Part shown: piece by piece, positions 1 through 10,350 of the stretch
Layout: the number at the start of each line of letters is the position of its first letter
Numbering within the stretch: position 1 is the first letter of the stretch
NCBI RefSeq assembly: GCF_001194135.2
Contig: NC_068989.1
Span: forward strand, 61,160,684-61,197,661
Direction of reading: 5' to 3'
DNA length: 36,978 nt
Origin: Octopus bimaculoides
Taxonomy: Eukaryota
Made by a program: the position numbers and the translations under genes
Notes under the pieces: model-generated
Seen by the model: the letters and a program-made list of their open reading frames with translations, nothing else
Database searches by the model: none
What the model was told of the DNA's origin: nothing

Positions 1-1076
1 TATTACATATATACATATATGTAAATATTTGTGTAAATGTGTGGATGTGGGTGTGTGTGTGTTTGTGCATGAGTCTGTGTTTATATATATGTGTATGTGT
101 GCGTGAGCGTGTGATTTTGTGTGTGTAAGTCAATCTGTATATAAAAATCTAATATTAACCTGAAAGATCATTCGATAGTTTCTTGTTTGAGTATAGGAAA
201 AAGGTTACCAGCGATCGTACTTTTAGTTTCAACATTCCGATGTAGTCCTGCAAGTGGGAAATTCGAAGTCTCACTCCTATAGTTCATGGAAATTCTACTA
301 TCGTAAATAAAAATATAATTTGCAGATCTTTTTTAAAATTTCAACTCCAAAAATTAAGTCAATCTATGCATCAAAACTCTTTTGGTAGACAGTAGGACTG
401 ACCTTCACCATACTTCATCTAATTATGTTATTTATGTTACGGAATGCCGAAGAATCTATGTGTTTCTCAGTCCATTCAAAATGAATACGTTCGCACCCTT
501 GATGTTTAGTTATCTTCGTTTACGTTCAGCACATTAAAGAGAATGACATTTCATATTCATTATACTAATGGAATATAGTTATTCTTGGTAGAAAATAGAA
601 TAACCTTCAGTGAATCCTACACGAACAACGGAAATATAATTGCCAATTTCTATCAAACCGAACTTATCAAATCATTTAGAAGGAAGTTCATTTGTTAATA
701 TCTGATTTTAATACCTCTTTTAAAAAAATAAATTGTATTTTTGTACTCTTAATGATTTAGTGATAATTTATTTATAGCATATTTTGATCTCATCATTATC
801 TCACTCATTTAATAGTGTTTGGTCTTCAAACGTATCTACTAGTCGCTGCAATTCTTATTAAAACAGAAGCATATTTTAATAATTTCAATATACGTATATA
901 TTGAAATTCACGAAGTGATCACTCTCTCATTTCTCATCTAAGTTGCAAAATATTACTCGCTTTTAATTATAAGGCTTCATCTTGCCCCAGTAAAAATGAA
1001 TCTTCCCTGAAAGATGGCGCCATCTTCTATAAAATTTTAATAAATATTGGCATTGTCCTTATAGTGAAAATCGGCA

Positions 1077-1164
1077 CATAAATTCATAAACGGACAATTA
1101 ATACATGACACGTCATCATAAATTCATAAATGGACAATTAATACATGACACGTCATCATAAATT
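1077..1164. repeat. Tandem duplication, 2 x 40 bp
   Basis: AATTCATAAA(C/T)GGACAATTAATACATGACACGTCATCATA at 1081 and 1121, one mismatch. Confidence 0.95.
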
Positions 1165-2179
1165 GTATAATGCTTCATTGTAAAATAAAGCCAGAATTTG
1201 TGAGGAACCTTACTTAATTTATGTAATAACTTATGAATTGCCATAGGCATAAGAACATTATTCTGTATCCTATTCTGTGTTGAATCTCTGTCAGAACGCC
1301 AGCTGGGTCTCTTCTTGCTGGCCAAGATTTCGTAGTCTCCATTACATCTGTCCATGTTATGCATTACAGCGTTTACAGTGTTCAGAGTATTGAGTAACCG
1401 TAATGTTGTCAGTATTTTGATACCCAGCACGAATCACCATGATGCAGTTAACTCTTCCGAATATTCAGATAGCTTCCAGTCCTACATTTCAGCTAATTTT
1501 TTTCTGTTACAACTTTAATCTCTTTGTTCTAAAATGCCGCTGACTGTTTTCCTAAAACTACATTTTCCTGAATAAAAAACCAAAACAGAAAAAGAAAAAG
1601 AAGAATAATATTTTGTTGAATTTTCATTCGTGATTGAAAATGAGATATATCGATAACAATGTCGTTGCAAGAAACCTAATAAAACAGTTGCAGTTGTTTC
1701 GGACAGAGTATATAAGATAATTGTACTTTCTCTTCTCCACGTAGCCATTTTGTGTATAGGCATTCAATTCTATTCTTGAGTGTTGTGTGACGTTGAAGTG
1801 TAAATGATGTCCTCTTTCCATTATATTATTTTATAAATCTTAAATGGCATTTCCGTTTTAAGTTTGGCTGTTTACTTATCAATTTATAGATATCTGTCAA
1901 AGAAACAAAATATTAAGGTTAATAGCCCTCATTCAGCTTGAAATAAGATTCCTATAATCATCTTAATACATATACGTGTAGCAGTCAATTTATACTTGAG
2001 TATATGAAGACTTTCAAATACTTGTCTCCTTCAGAACTCTCTGTCAATGGCTGAGATGCATGATTTTCATAAATGTGTCACATCGATTTAAAATGATATT
2101 ATCAAAATGCGAAAAAAAAAGTACTCTATGTATATGTATAAGTATGTATGTATGTATATATGTATGTATGTATATAGGT

Positions 2180-2300
2180 ACGTATGTATGTCATTGTTCG
2201 GTTTTATTTCAAGATTTCTTGCTAAAAGAGAAAGACCCGGTTTCTAACCTAGATCCAAGGTTCCTTCATTGAAATTTCAACACAACAGGGCATTTTTGTA
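2180..2300 (-). mobile_element. 3' end of a dispersed retroposon with (CATA)n tail, copy 1
   Basis: Shares TTTCAAGATTTCTTGC..AGAGAAAGA..GGTTTCTAACCTAGATCCAAG with 24700-24812. On the minus strand AATAAA precedes the (CATA)n tract. Confidence 0.7.
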
Positions 2301-2355
2301 TTTATGTATATGTGCAGGCATCTATGTATGTACGTATGTATTTAATTATGTATGT

Positions 2356-2490
<135 letters not shown>

Positions 2491-3153
2491 CATACATAAT
2501 TAGAGATAAATGCACGTAATGATTACATATATATGTATGCATGTATGCTTTTGTATATCTATCTCTCGACACCCGCAACACTACTTCCAGCATGAGTACC
2601 ATCCTTTTTCACCGTCTCTCATATACTTCACCTTCGTAGCTGTTAGTAAGTAATGTCCATATTAATAAGTAAGAGAACTCCTAAAAAATACATAAACATA
2701 CAGTAATACTGAACAGAACGGGGAAAAATGTATGAGATCTAGCTTTCTTAAGTAGCGTAATAAAGAATTGATTTTCTCTTACTGTCGGCATGTTAATTAA
2801 CTAGCTTTTGGCTTTAATTAGTTTCCCTGAAACATATTGCATGTCTAATTACAAAATTTCACTTGCGATATGTATGTACTAAAATCTTAAGTATATCATT
2901 TCCATTTAAAAAAGAATATATAATTTGCTTGATATTTAATTTTAATATGGCGCTAGTAGTAGAGCTATAAATAAGCGAAAAAAAATAGAGAAATTGACGT
3001 GCTTTAAAATCCCGATTGAATGTATTTCGAAATATTTTGGGGGATGCGACCAAATAGGTGATGGCATAACTTGATGACAACTAGCTTGGCCAATTTTCAG
3101 CGATAGTTACAAGGTCACCGGAGATTCCCCGGTGAAAGGTATATATATATATA

Positions 3154-3523
3154 TTGAGCGATGTTCCACAAGGAACTGTTCTGGGGCCACTACTGTTCAT
3201 AGTGGCCCTTATGGACATGCCCACGGTCACTCGGAGAGCCACTGTCACTAGCTATGCTGATGACACAAAGATATCTCAGGCAATAAAGAATCCTGATGAT
3301 ATTGTAAGCCTGCAGAATGACCTAAATGCAATATATGAGTGGGCAGAGCAAAATAATATGCAGTTCAATGCAAAAAAATTTCAAGTACTGCGCTACAAGA
3401 CCACAAGCACCTCCCAAATGGCATACACAGGGCCTGGAGGTACTGCAATCCCAGAACCACAGACAGTAAGAGATCTGGGCATCAACATGTGTAGTGATGC
3501 ATCATTTCACATGCACATTGTCA
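3154..3523 (+). mobile_element. Non-LTR retrotransposon RT fragment (CR1/L2-like), 5'-truncated, runs into a gap
   Basis: VPQGTVLGPLLF, SYADDTK (YADD at 3253-3264), LQNDLNAIYEWAEQNNMQFNAKKFQVL and VRDLGI, with no stops in 123 codons. It begins right after a (TA)n tract. Confidence 0.92.
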
Positions 3524-3790
3524 NNNNNNNNNNNNNNNNNNNNNNNNNNNNNNNNNNNNNNNNNNNNNNNNNNNNNNNNNNNNNNNNNNNNNNNNNNNNN
3601 NNNNNNNNNNNNNNNNNNNNNNNNNNNNNNNNNNNNNNNNNNNNNNNNNNNNNNNNNNNNNNNNNNNNNNNNNNNNNNNNNNNNNNNNNNNNNNNNNNNN
3701 NNNNNNNNNNNNNNNNNNNNNNNNNNNNNNNNNNNNNNNNNNNNNNNNNNNNNNNNNNNNNNNNNNNNNNNNNNNNNNNNNNNNNNNNNN

Positions 3791-3868
<78 letters not shown>
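3791..3868. repeat. (ATAG)n microsatellite
   Basis: Read directly; abuts the gap at 3524-3790. Confidence 0.98.
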
Positions 3869-6062
3869 GTGCCATATTTGAAGCTACAAATGATGTGCTC
3901 TCACATGAAGGTACAAAGCATCAACAATTATACATTAAAGCTACTATCCTCTCAGCTGTTCAAGCACATTTGCCGTTAGTAAATCACGTTAATGTATTTC
4001 GAGTTATAGACTTGTTATATTCATTCTTGCAGTTGCCACCAGACCTCTTTATTCTATTATAGACTTTGAAAAAACGTGTTAGAACTGTCTAATTAGTGTT
4101 TCTATACGTTATCATGTGATCTTTGTTGGACAAAATGAATATGTAAGAAGAAAAAATTGTTACTCGGGATGCAAAGCTGATGAAGAATTATGGTTCTGTG
4201 CAGTAGCTGTTTCGAATATATCGCAGCATTTGATGGAAATTTATTTTACTTATTCTATATACCGCATTTAATTAGAGCATGTTGCATTAAATGTAGTAAA
4301 CTATTCGATATGTTGTATTATATCGGAAGTGCAACTGGTGGCTTCCCTAGAGTGTTTCGTAAAAATTAAGGTGGGAATTTACTGTGTCCTCTTAACATTT
4401 CAAATACTTTTTAACATCGACTTTACATTCAGTTTTTATAGGAGACATCTCACGAAATGTTGCAAATTTAAATATAGAATTTTTTGTTTATTACCGCAAG
4501 CTTCTGATTTTCCAGTGAAACTAGACAAAATGATTAAGTGTTATATTCTCAATACTGTGTTCTGCCGTCCTGTGACTGATTTTACTGCACCAAATCTCGT
4601 AAACTAGGAAATGAATATCAGTGACTTTTTTGAGTGGTCTGGAGAAAGAAGCACTGATAATGGTTTTCATATTTTGATCTTTGACTAAGCTACTATAGTG
4701 GGACAATCAACCACAATTTATATATGTACACGACATCAATATGAAAGAAATAGAATATTTAAAAAATATACAAAAATATTCGCTAAAGAGCTCCTGAGCG
4801 CGATGGAAACTATCAGAAGAAACCGTGGACTATGCCATTTAAAGAAATGTAAGAGAATTAAATTGAATACGTAGTTACAAATATTTACGAATCAAGTAAC
4901 TAGACAGATTATAATACCCATACAATATAAAATAGGAAGAGACTAGAGAGGGATATTCAGGAATTAAATTAATACCTAAAATACACCGAAATAAAGAAAA
5001 TAATGTAATGTACCCTTAATTGTCTTGATTTAAAAGTAGTAAGATACAATATTCTAATATCAAAAGGAATTAGCCGAGACTAGAGAGATAGGAAAAATAA
5101 TTTCTGTTTTTACAATACACCATACAAATTATATTTGTCATTCATACTAGGAATGGATGAGATTTAGAAGAATAGACATATATTACTAGAAAACATCCAT
5201 TTTAGCACAAAATGACTATTACAGAACAATGGAAATGATTAACCTAGCTGCAAAACAGTGAAAAAGTAAAGGAAATGGAAACTGTTTTCTAACTTCAAGT
5301 AGGTCACGGAATAAAAGACTGCTATTTGAAAGACTGACTGCTGTGAGACGAAAAGATAAACAACAATAGAAATTGGGAAAAGGCTAATAAGTAAGGTAAA
5401 CATAGAGCTACGGAATTGCGTGTTTAAGGTATGTTGAGAAAGTAACCATACGCCCAATATATCATTAAAAGTATTTGGGAGATCATATACAACATGAAAT
5501 CGAAATTCTGGCTGAGAAATTGCAGGTACACACAAAGTTAAAACTGATTTACAGCACAGAGATAGACCATTTTCGCTTATAGCCCGAAAGGTTTGTAAGG
5601 AGAAACTACACAATAATTAACCGTGGAATATCTGGAGAAATGAAAAATGCAAATGTTAAGCGAAGGTAGACCATAACCAGAGGTAAATTATTGTTGGCTC
5701 TTTTTTCATAAATCGACATTGTGTAATGAGTGTAACACCAACAGAAATGTAAGGGAATAAACATGCATTTGATGTGTCTGATGCCAAGCTAGGAGAAACT
5801 GTGCACACACGAGTATCCGACAATGAAAAGAGATTGCAAGAAGAAGCTCAGTCACAGAGATTCTTGAAAACGATGACCCTCAGGAAAAGATTTTAGTCCA
5901 CACACACACACACACACACATATATCGAAGTTTCATTGCCATAGGACATATATATGTCTAGACGAAATATAAATAACTGGAAATAGATATTACTAGAATA
6001 TTGGAAATGAAAACAAAAAAGCAGTATCTCTACTAATACGAACATTATAAATAGTTAATAAA

Positions 6063-6835
6063 TACAAGCGTCGGCTGAAAAGTTCATAGGCTAACAAAAA
6101 ATTCTCATTGACTGTGACCAGAAGAGGTTCATTTCTCAGCCAAGTCTCTCTTGCGGTCCACGTATTTCTTCCATCGGCGTTGCAATGCATGAATTCTATC
6201 GGTGAAGAAGCTTTCATCCTGTTGATCAAAATAGTCAATAACAACATATATAACGTCATCATCACTGCGATACCAAGTGGCTTTTTTTACATGCTGGAGA
6301 AAAAAGTTTGTCAGATGAGGCCAAATCAGAAGAATAGGGAGGGTAGTCAACAAATTCCAAGCCACAATTAAGCACAGCAGCCATTGAAATCAAGGACGTG
6401 TGTGTTACGTCAGCTTTTCTGGGAGTTTGGTCTTAATAGCCTGTCGTAACTGTCTCAGAAAGCGAGCAAACTACTCTCCATGTATGGTGTGACCCTTTGT
6501 AATATACTACATAAACACAAAGCCCTTCGCATCCAATAAAACTGAGGCCCTCGAATTCTCTGCAGATGATACGATCTTAGCTTTATTTCGAGTTTCAACT
6601 GCATGGGTTGTCTATATGTGGTTCAAAGTGATGAACCCAATACTCATCCACGGCTAGGAAACATTCAAGGAATCCAGTTGGATCTGCCTCAAACAGTGTC
6701 AAATTTTCCTAGAGCGGTTTTGATCAGGTGTTAGAAGACATCGCACTCACCGAGTAGTAACCTTTGTCATGCTAACTTCATTGTACAGAATATCCTCTAT
6801 TTACGAGATATACTAATTGCACGGTGAATGTAACA
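6063..6835 (-). mobile_element. Decayed mariner (DD34D) element: transposase catalytic domain plus right TIR
   Basis: Manual minus-strand translation gives EDILYNEVSMTKVTTR*VRCLLTPDQ (WVPRLL box), FLAVDEYWVHHFEP (first Asp), LRQLRQAIKTKLPEKL, YPPYSSDLASSD (YSPDLAPSD box) and GIQALQHRWKKCV-like DRIHALQRRWKKYVDRKRD. TIR-like TACAAGCGTCGGCTGAAAAGTTC at 6063. Frameshifts and stops are present and the DNAPAH segment is deleted. Confidence 0.88.
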
Positions 6836-6990
6836 AATATTATAAAAATAGTGAAAAATTTGCGGATTTGGCGTGTTAATTCCTATTTCTAGCAAGTAGT
6901 ATTCTGGTATTCTAACTTATTTATCTATATTTATGTGTGTATGTGTGTGTGTGTGCGCGCGTGTGTATATATGTGTGTGTGTATTTATGC

Positions 6991-7152
6991 TTGTGTTTGT
7001 CCACTACCGCATGACAGCCGGCGTTGGTTTGTTTACGCCCCCGTTGCTGCGCAAAGAGATACCTATACAATGAGTATCAAGCTTAAAAAATGTTAGTACT
7101 TGAGTTGCCCCATACTGGCCGAAGTCCAATGACTGAAGCAAGTAAAGCAAAA
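6991..7152 (+). mobile_element. 3' half of a tRNA-derived SINE (degenerate)
   Basis: Similar to the reverse complement of the 29146-29615 copy (GTTTACGCCCCCG..GCAAAGAGA..TGGCCGAAGTCCAATGACTGAAGCAAGTAAA). Confidence 0.65.
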
Positions 7153-7324
7153 ATTATGCGCATCTGAAAATATCCTTTCAATCTTGTATAGTTTTACAAT
7201 GACGAACTAATGCTATCATAATAGATAATATAAGTACATCAATAATTGATTTTGGAATTGTAATCTGTTCTTAAATAGGTAACGCTGTTGTATTTTAACA
7301 ATACCATGATTTAACTAATATTCA

Positions 7325-7342
7325 TTTCTTAATTTTTTGCAG
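7325..7342 (+). promoter_or_regulatory. Probable 3' splice acceptor opening the coding exon (5'UTR intron upstream)
   Basis: TTTCTTAATTTTTTGCAG|G: pyrimidine tract plus CAG, 212 nt upstream of the ATG. Upstream sequence is TE debris, as expected for an intron. Confidence 0.6.
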
Positions 7343-7345
7343 GTA

Positions 7346-7571
7346 ATGCTACAGCGACCTTAATTAGAACATATCCACACTATTTCGTAATATCCATTAG
7401 ATTGAGCGGACTTGACAAAGGACTTCTTTTAATGAACATCGAATGAGTTTTTTGAAATCTGAATGGAAGGAATATCACTTGTAAAGAATTGTTTCCGGAA
7501 ATTTAAAGCGATATTGGATACTCTGCTATGTATATGAACATACCATGAAAAAAGATGGAGAATGTTACTGA
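7346..7571 (+). promoter_or_regulatory. Cluster of upstream ORFs in the receptor leader
   Basis: ATGs at 7346, 7432, 7443, 7463, 7528, 7534 and 7545. The 7545 uORF overlaps the main ATG out of frame and stops at 7571. Confidence 0.55.
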
Positions 7572-8991
7572 CTATTTCGAAATTTTGGGTAATGTTACAA
7601 CGGAGAATGGAATATCAACCGGTTACATTTCAATCAGTGTCGATCCTTTATTTACTCCAAGTGAGGAAATCTATTCACTTCCTATCAAAATTATCATCTG
7701 TGTTGTTCTTTCAATTATAATCATGGTTACAATTGCTGGGAATGTGTTTGTCATTGCCGCAATCCTTTTGGAAAAAAGCCTACGTGGTGTTTCTAATTAT
7801 CTGATAATGTCTCTCGCTGTGACGGACTTGATGGTAGCTATACTGGTCATGCCCATAAGTGTTGTCCACGAAGTAACTCCGGATTGGAACTTTGGAGGTG
7901 CAATCTGCGATATGTGGATTAGTTTCGATGTTTTATGTTGCACTGCTTCTATTTTGCACTTAGTTGCAATAGCATTTGATCGTTATTGGGCTGTATCAAA
8001 TATCGATTATATCAGACGGAGATGTGCCAAACTAATAGGCTGTATGGTTGTTGCTGTGTGGGTGGTTTCCGTCTCAATATCGATACCTCCATTATTTGGC
8101 TGGAAAGATGACAACGATCCTGATATCACAAAACGTTGCTTGATCAGTCAAGACCTAGGTTACACAATATTCTCAACTTTGGGCGCATTTTATTTTCCTT
8201 TGATATTAATGCTAGTTCTAAATATCAAAATATATGTCGCTGCCCGGACACGGATTCGAAAGAAAGGTTTTTACGGCTACCGACGACCTGTACCTGTTTC
8301 AGCCATTACAGTGACAATGACAGAGGGTCAAAATCTCTCACCGAACTCCTCTGGAAGTGACATTAGTCATGAAAGATATAGTGCCTACAATGGATCTTGT
8401 ATGAACATGAATGAACTAACGCGGGTGAATAGCGTTATGGAATTGACTGATGAACGGGAATCTGCAATACAAACAAGCCCGACAACAGCAACAACTACAG
8501 CCACACCCGCATCGTCCACATTAACACTAACTGCTCCAACTGGACGAACGAAATTAGCTGAAACATCAGTTAATCAATTGTCAGTTCCGTCGGGACCAAA
8601 AGCCAGTGGTGGATGTAGGAATTTAATTTCTTCAAAGAATCAAAGACAGTCAGCTAATGGTCACGTTAAAAGATTACGTCAACGTGAACGAGAACGGGTA
8701 AAGAAAGAAAAAATTGAGATGAAGCGAGAAAGGAAGGCAGCCAGAGTGATTGCCATTATAACTGGTGGCTTTATGGCGTGCTGGTTGCCTTTCTTCATGG
8801 TTGCCTTGATCGGACCGTTTTGTAAAGAATATTGTTATTTTCCCCCTGTTCTGATGAGTCTCTTTTTGTGGCTTGGTTACTTAAACAGCCTTTTGAATCC
8901 AATAATATATACCATATTTAATCCAAGCTTCCGGACTGCCTTTAAAAAACTAATATACGGAAAATATAGAATGAGATCCCAGTGTCGATAA
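7555..8991 (+). CDS. 5-HT1: 5-HT1-type serotonin receptor (class A aminergic GPCR, probably Gi/o-coupled), intronless CDS, 478 aa
   Basis: Uninterrupted ORF with a strong ATG context (aagATGg) and seven hydrophobic segments. Motifs: GN in TM1, SLAVTD in TM2, D125 at 3.32 in WISFDVLCCTASILHL, DRY at 142-144, S207/T208/A211 at 5.42/5.43/5.46 as in 5-HT1A, CWLPFF in TM6, NPIIY in TM7. Also two N-terminal NxT sequons, a long ICL3 and a short C-tail. The exact paralogue cannot be fixed without a tree. Confidence 0.93.
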   Translation: MENVTDYFEILGNVTTENGISTGYISISVDPLFTPSEEIYSLPIKIIICVVLSIIIMVTIAGNVFVIAAILLEKSLRGVSNYLIMSLAVTDLMVAILVMPISVVHEVTPDWNFGGAICDMWISFDVLCCTASILHLVAIAFDRYWAVSNIDYIRRRCAKLIGCMVVAVWVVSVSISIPPLFGWKDDNDPDITKRCLISQDLGYTIFSTLGAFYFPLILMLVLNIKIYVAARTRIRKKGFYGYRRPVPVSAITVTMTEGQNLSPNSSGSDISHERYSAYNGSCMNMNELTRVNSVMELTDERESAIQTSPTTATTTATPASSTLTLTAPTGRTKLAETSVNQLSVPSGPKASGGCRNLISSKNQRQSANGHVKRLRQRERERVKKEKIEMKRERKAARVIAIITGGFMACWLPFFMVALIGPFCKEYCYFPPVLMSLFLWLGYLNSLLNPIIYTIFNPSFRTAFKKLIYGKYRMRSQCR

Positions 8992-9102
8992 TGAAAATGA
9001 AATTGTATAAAAGTAGGTCGAAGAGCTATTTCTGAATGTCAATATGCATTTATATATTGGGATTTCTCGAAATATCTTACTTTCTCTAATATATTAATGA
9101 TT

Positions 9103-9686
9103 NNNNNNNNNNNNNNNNNNNNNNNNNNNNNNNNNNNNNNNNNNNNNNNNNNNNNNNNNNNNNNNNNNNNNNNNNNNNNNNNNNNNNNNNNNNNNNNNNN
9201 NNNNNNNNNNNNNNNNNNNNNNNNNNNNNNNNNNNNNNNNNNNNNNNNNNNNNNNNNNNNNNNNNNNNNNNNNNNNNNNNNNNNNNNNNNNNNNNNNNNN
9301 NNNNNNNNNNNNNNNNNNNNNNNNNNNNNNNNNNNNNNNNNNNNNNNNNNNNNNNNNNNNNNNNNNNNNNNNNNNNNNNNNNNNNNNNNNNNNNNNNNNN
9401 NNNNNNNNNNNNNNNNNNNNNNNNNNNNNNNNNNNNNNNNNNNNNNNNNNNNNNNNNNNNNNNNNNNNNNNNNNNNNNNNNNNNNNNNNNNNNNNNNNNN
9501 NNNNNNNNNNNNNNNNNNNNNNNNNNNNNNNNNNNNNNNNNNNNNNNNNNNNNNNNNNNNNNNNNNNNNNNNNNNNNNNNNNNNNNNNNNNNNNNNNNNN
9601 NNNNNNNNNNNNNNNNNNNNNNNNNNNNNNNNNNNNNNNNNNNNNNNNNNNNNNNNNNNNNNNNNNNNNNNNNNNNNNNNNNNNNN
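9103..9686. other. Assembly gap 111 nt after the receptor stop codon
   Basis: Run of N, followed by (AT)n. Confidence 0.99.
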
Positions 9687-10118
9687 ATATATATATATAT
9701 ATAATACATGCATACATACACAAACACATATATCATGTATATTTTTATTATTATTTGTTATTACAGACAAAGAAGTACGGCAGTTTATGGTTCTACAGCT
9801 GTATCCTTGTGATTCAAATAACTTATCCTCTGGGATATTATTCAATTCAAATGTTATTTTTATTGTTACATCGGCTAGAGATGCATTCATATGTTGGCCA
9901 TATTTCATCGTGTTTTATCAATACTAGGAACTGTGATGATTCAAAGGAAAGTCCTTCACTGAATATATTTCATTTTTTTCTCTTATAATCCAAACAGTTA
10001 TGCATTTTATTCATGATGATGATGACGATGGAGACGATGATAATGGTGATAATAATCATAATAATAATAATGATAATAACAGGAATGATAAAATAATTAT
10101 ATTATCGTTACTTTGTGT

Positions 10119-10350
10119 AGGTGACGGCCATGAGAGTATAACCCGGACTAGACGCTTTAAAATATCTAGTTCTGACCTTACTATTCGACTGCAAATCCCG
10201 CCTCGGACAAGATTGCCTTTCTCCTTCATGACTAAGATGATAAGTTTAAGTACCGATACTACACTGGGGATTATTTCAATTGACTTTATCCCTTTACCAT
10301 ATCTAAAAGATTGGCCTTTAGCCTCAGAGATATATAAAAGAAGAAATCAA
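10119..10350 (+). mobile_element. Degenerate SINE, same family as 32765-32988
   Basis: TTGCCTTTC..TTTAAGTACCGATACTACACTGGGG..TCAATTGACTT..GGCCTT matches the reverse complement of 32765-32988 in order, with an (AAT)n-like tail. Confidence 0.5.

Noticed and set aside
1116-1500. 104-aa minus ORF and a WPAR-like Tc1 hint in another frame
   Set aside because: Only a four-residue resemblance, with no supporting DDE motifs.
3114-3140. Hairpin TCACCGG-AGATTCC-CCGGTGA followed by AAAG, considered as a hammerhead ribozyme or Helitron 3' end
   Set aside because: No CUGANGA core before the stem and no CTRR terminus after it.
4780-5900. A-rich, purine-skewed stretch suggesting a decayed LINE or Penelope element
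   Set aside because: No convincing RT or endonuclease motif in the frames I translated.
8136-8360. Alternative-frame 74-aa ORF inside the receptor CDS
   Set aside because: Non-ATG start and no motifs; a by-product of the main frame.
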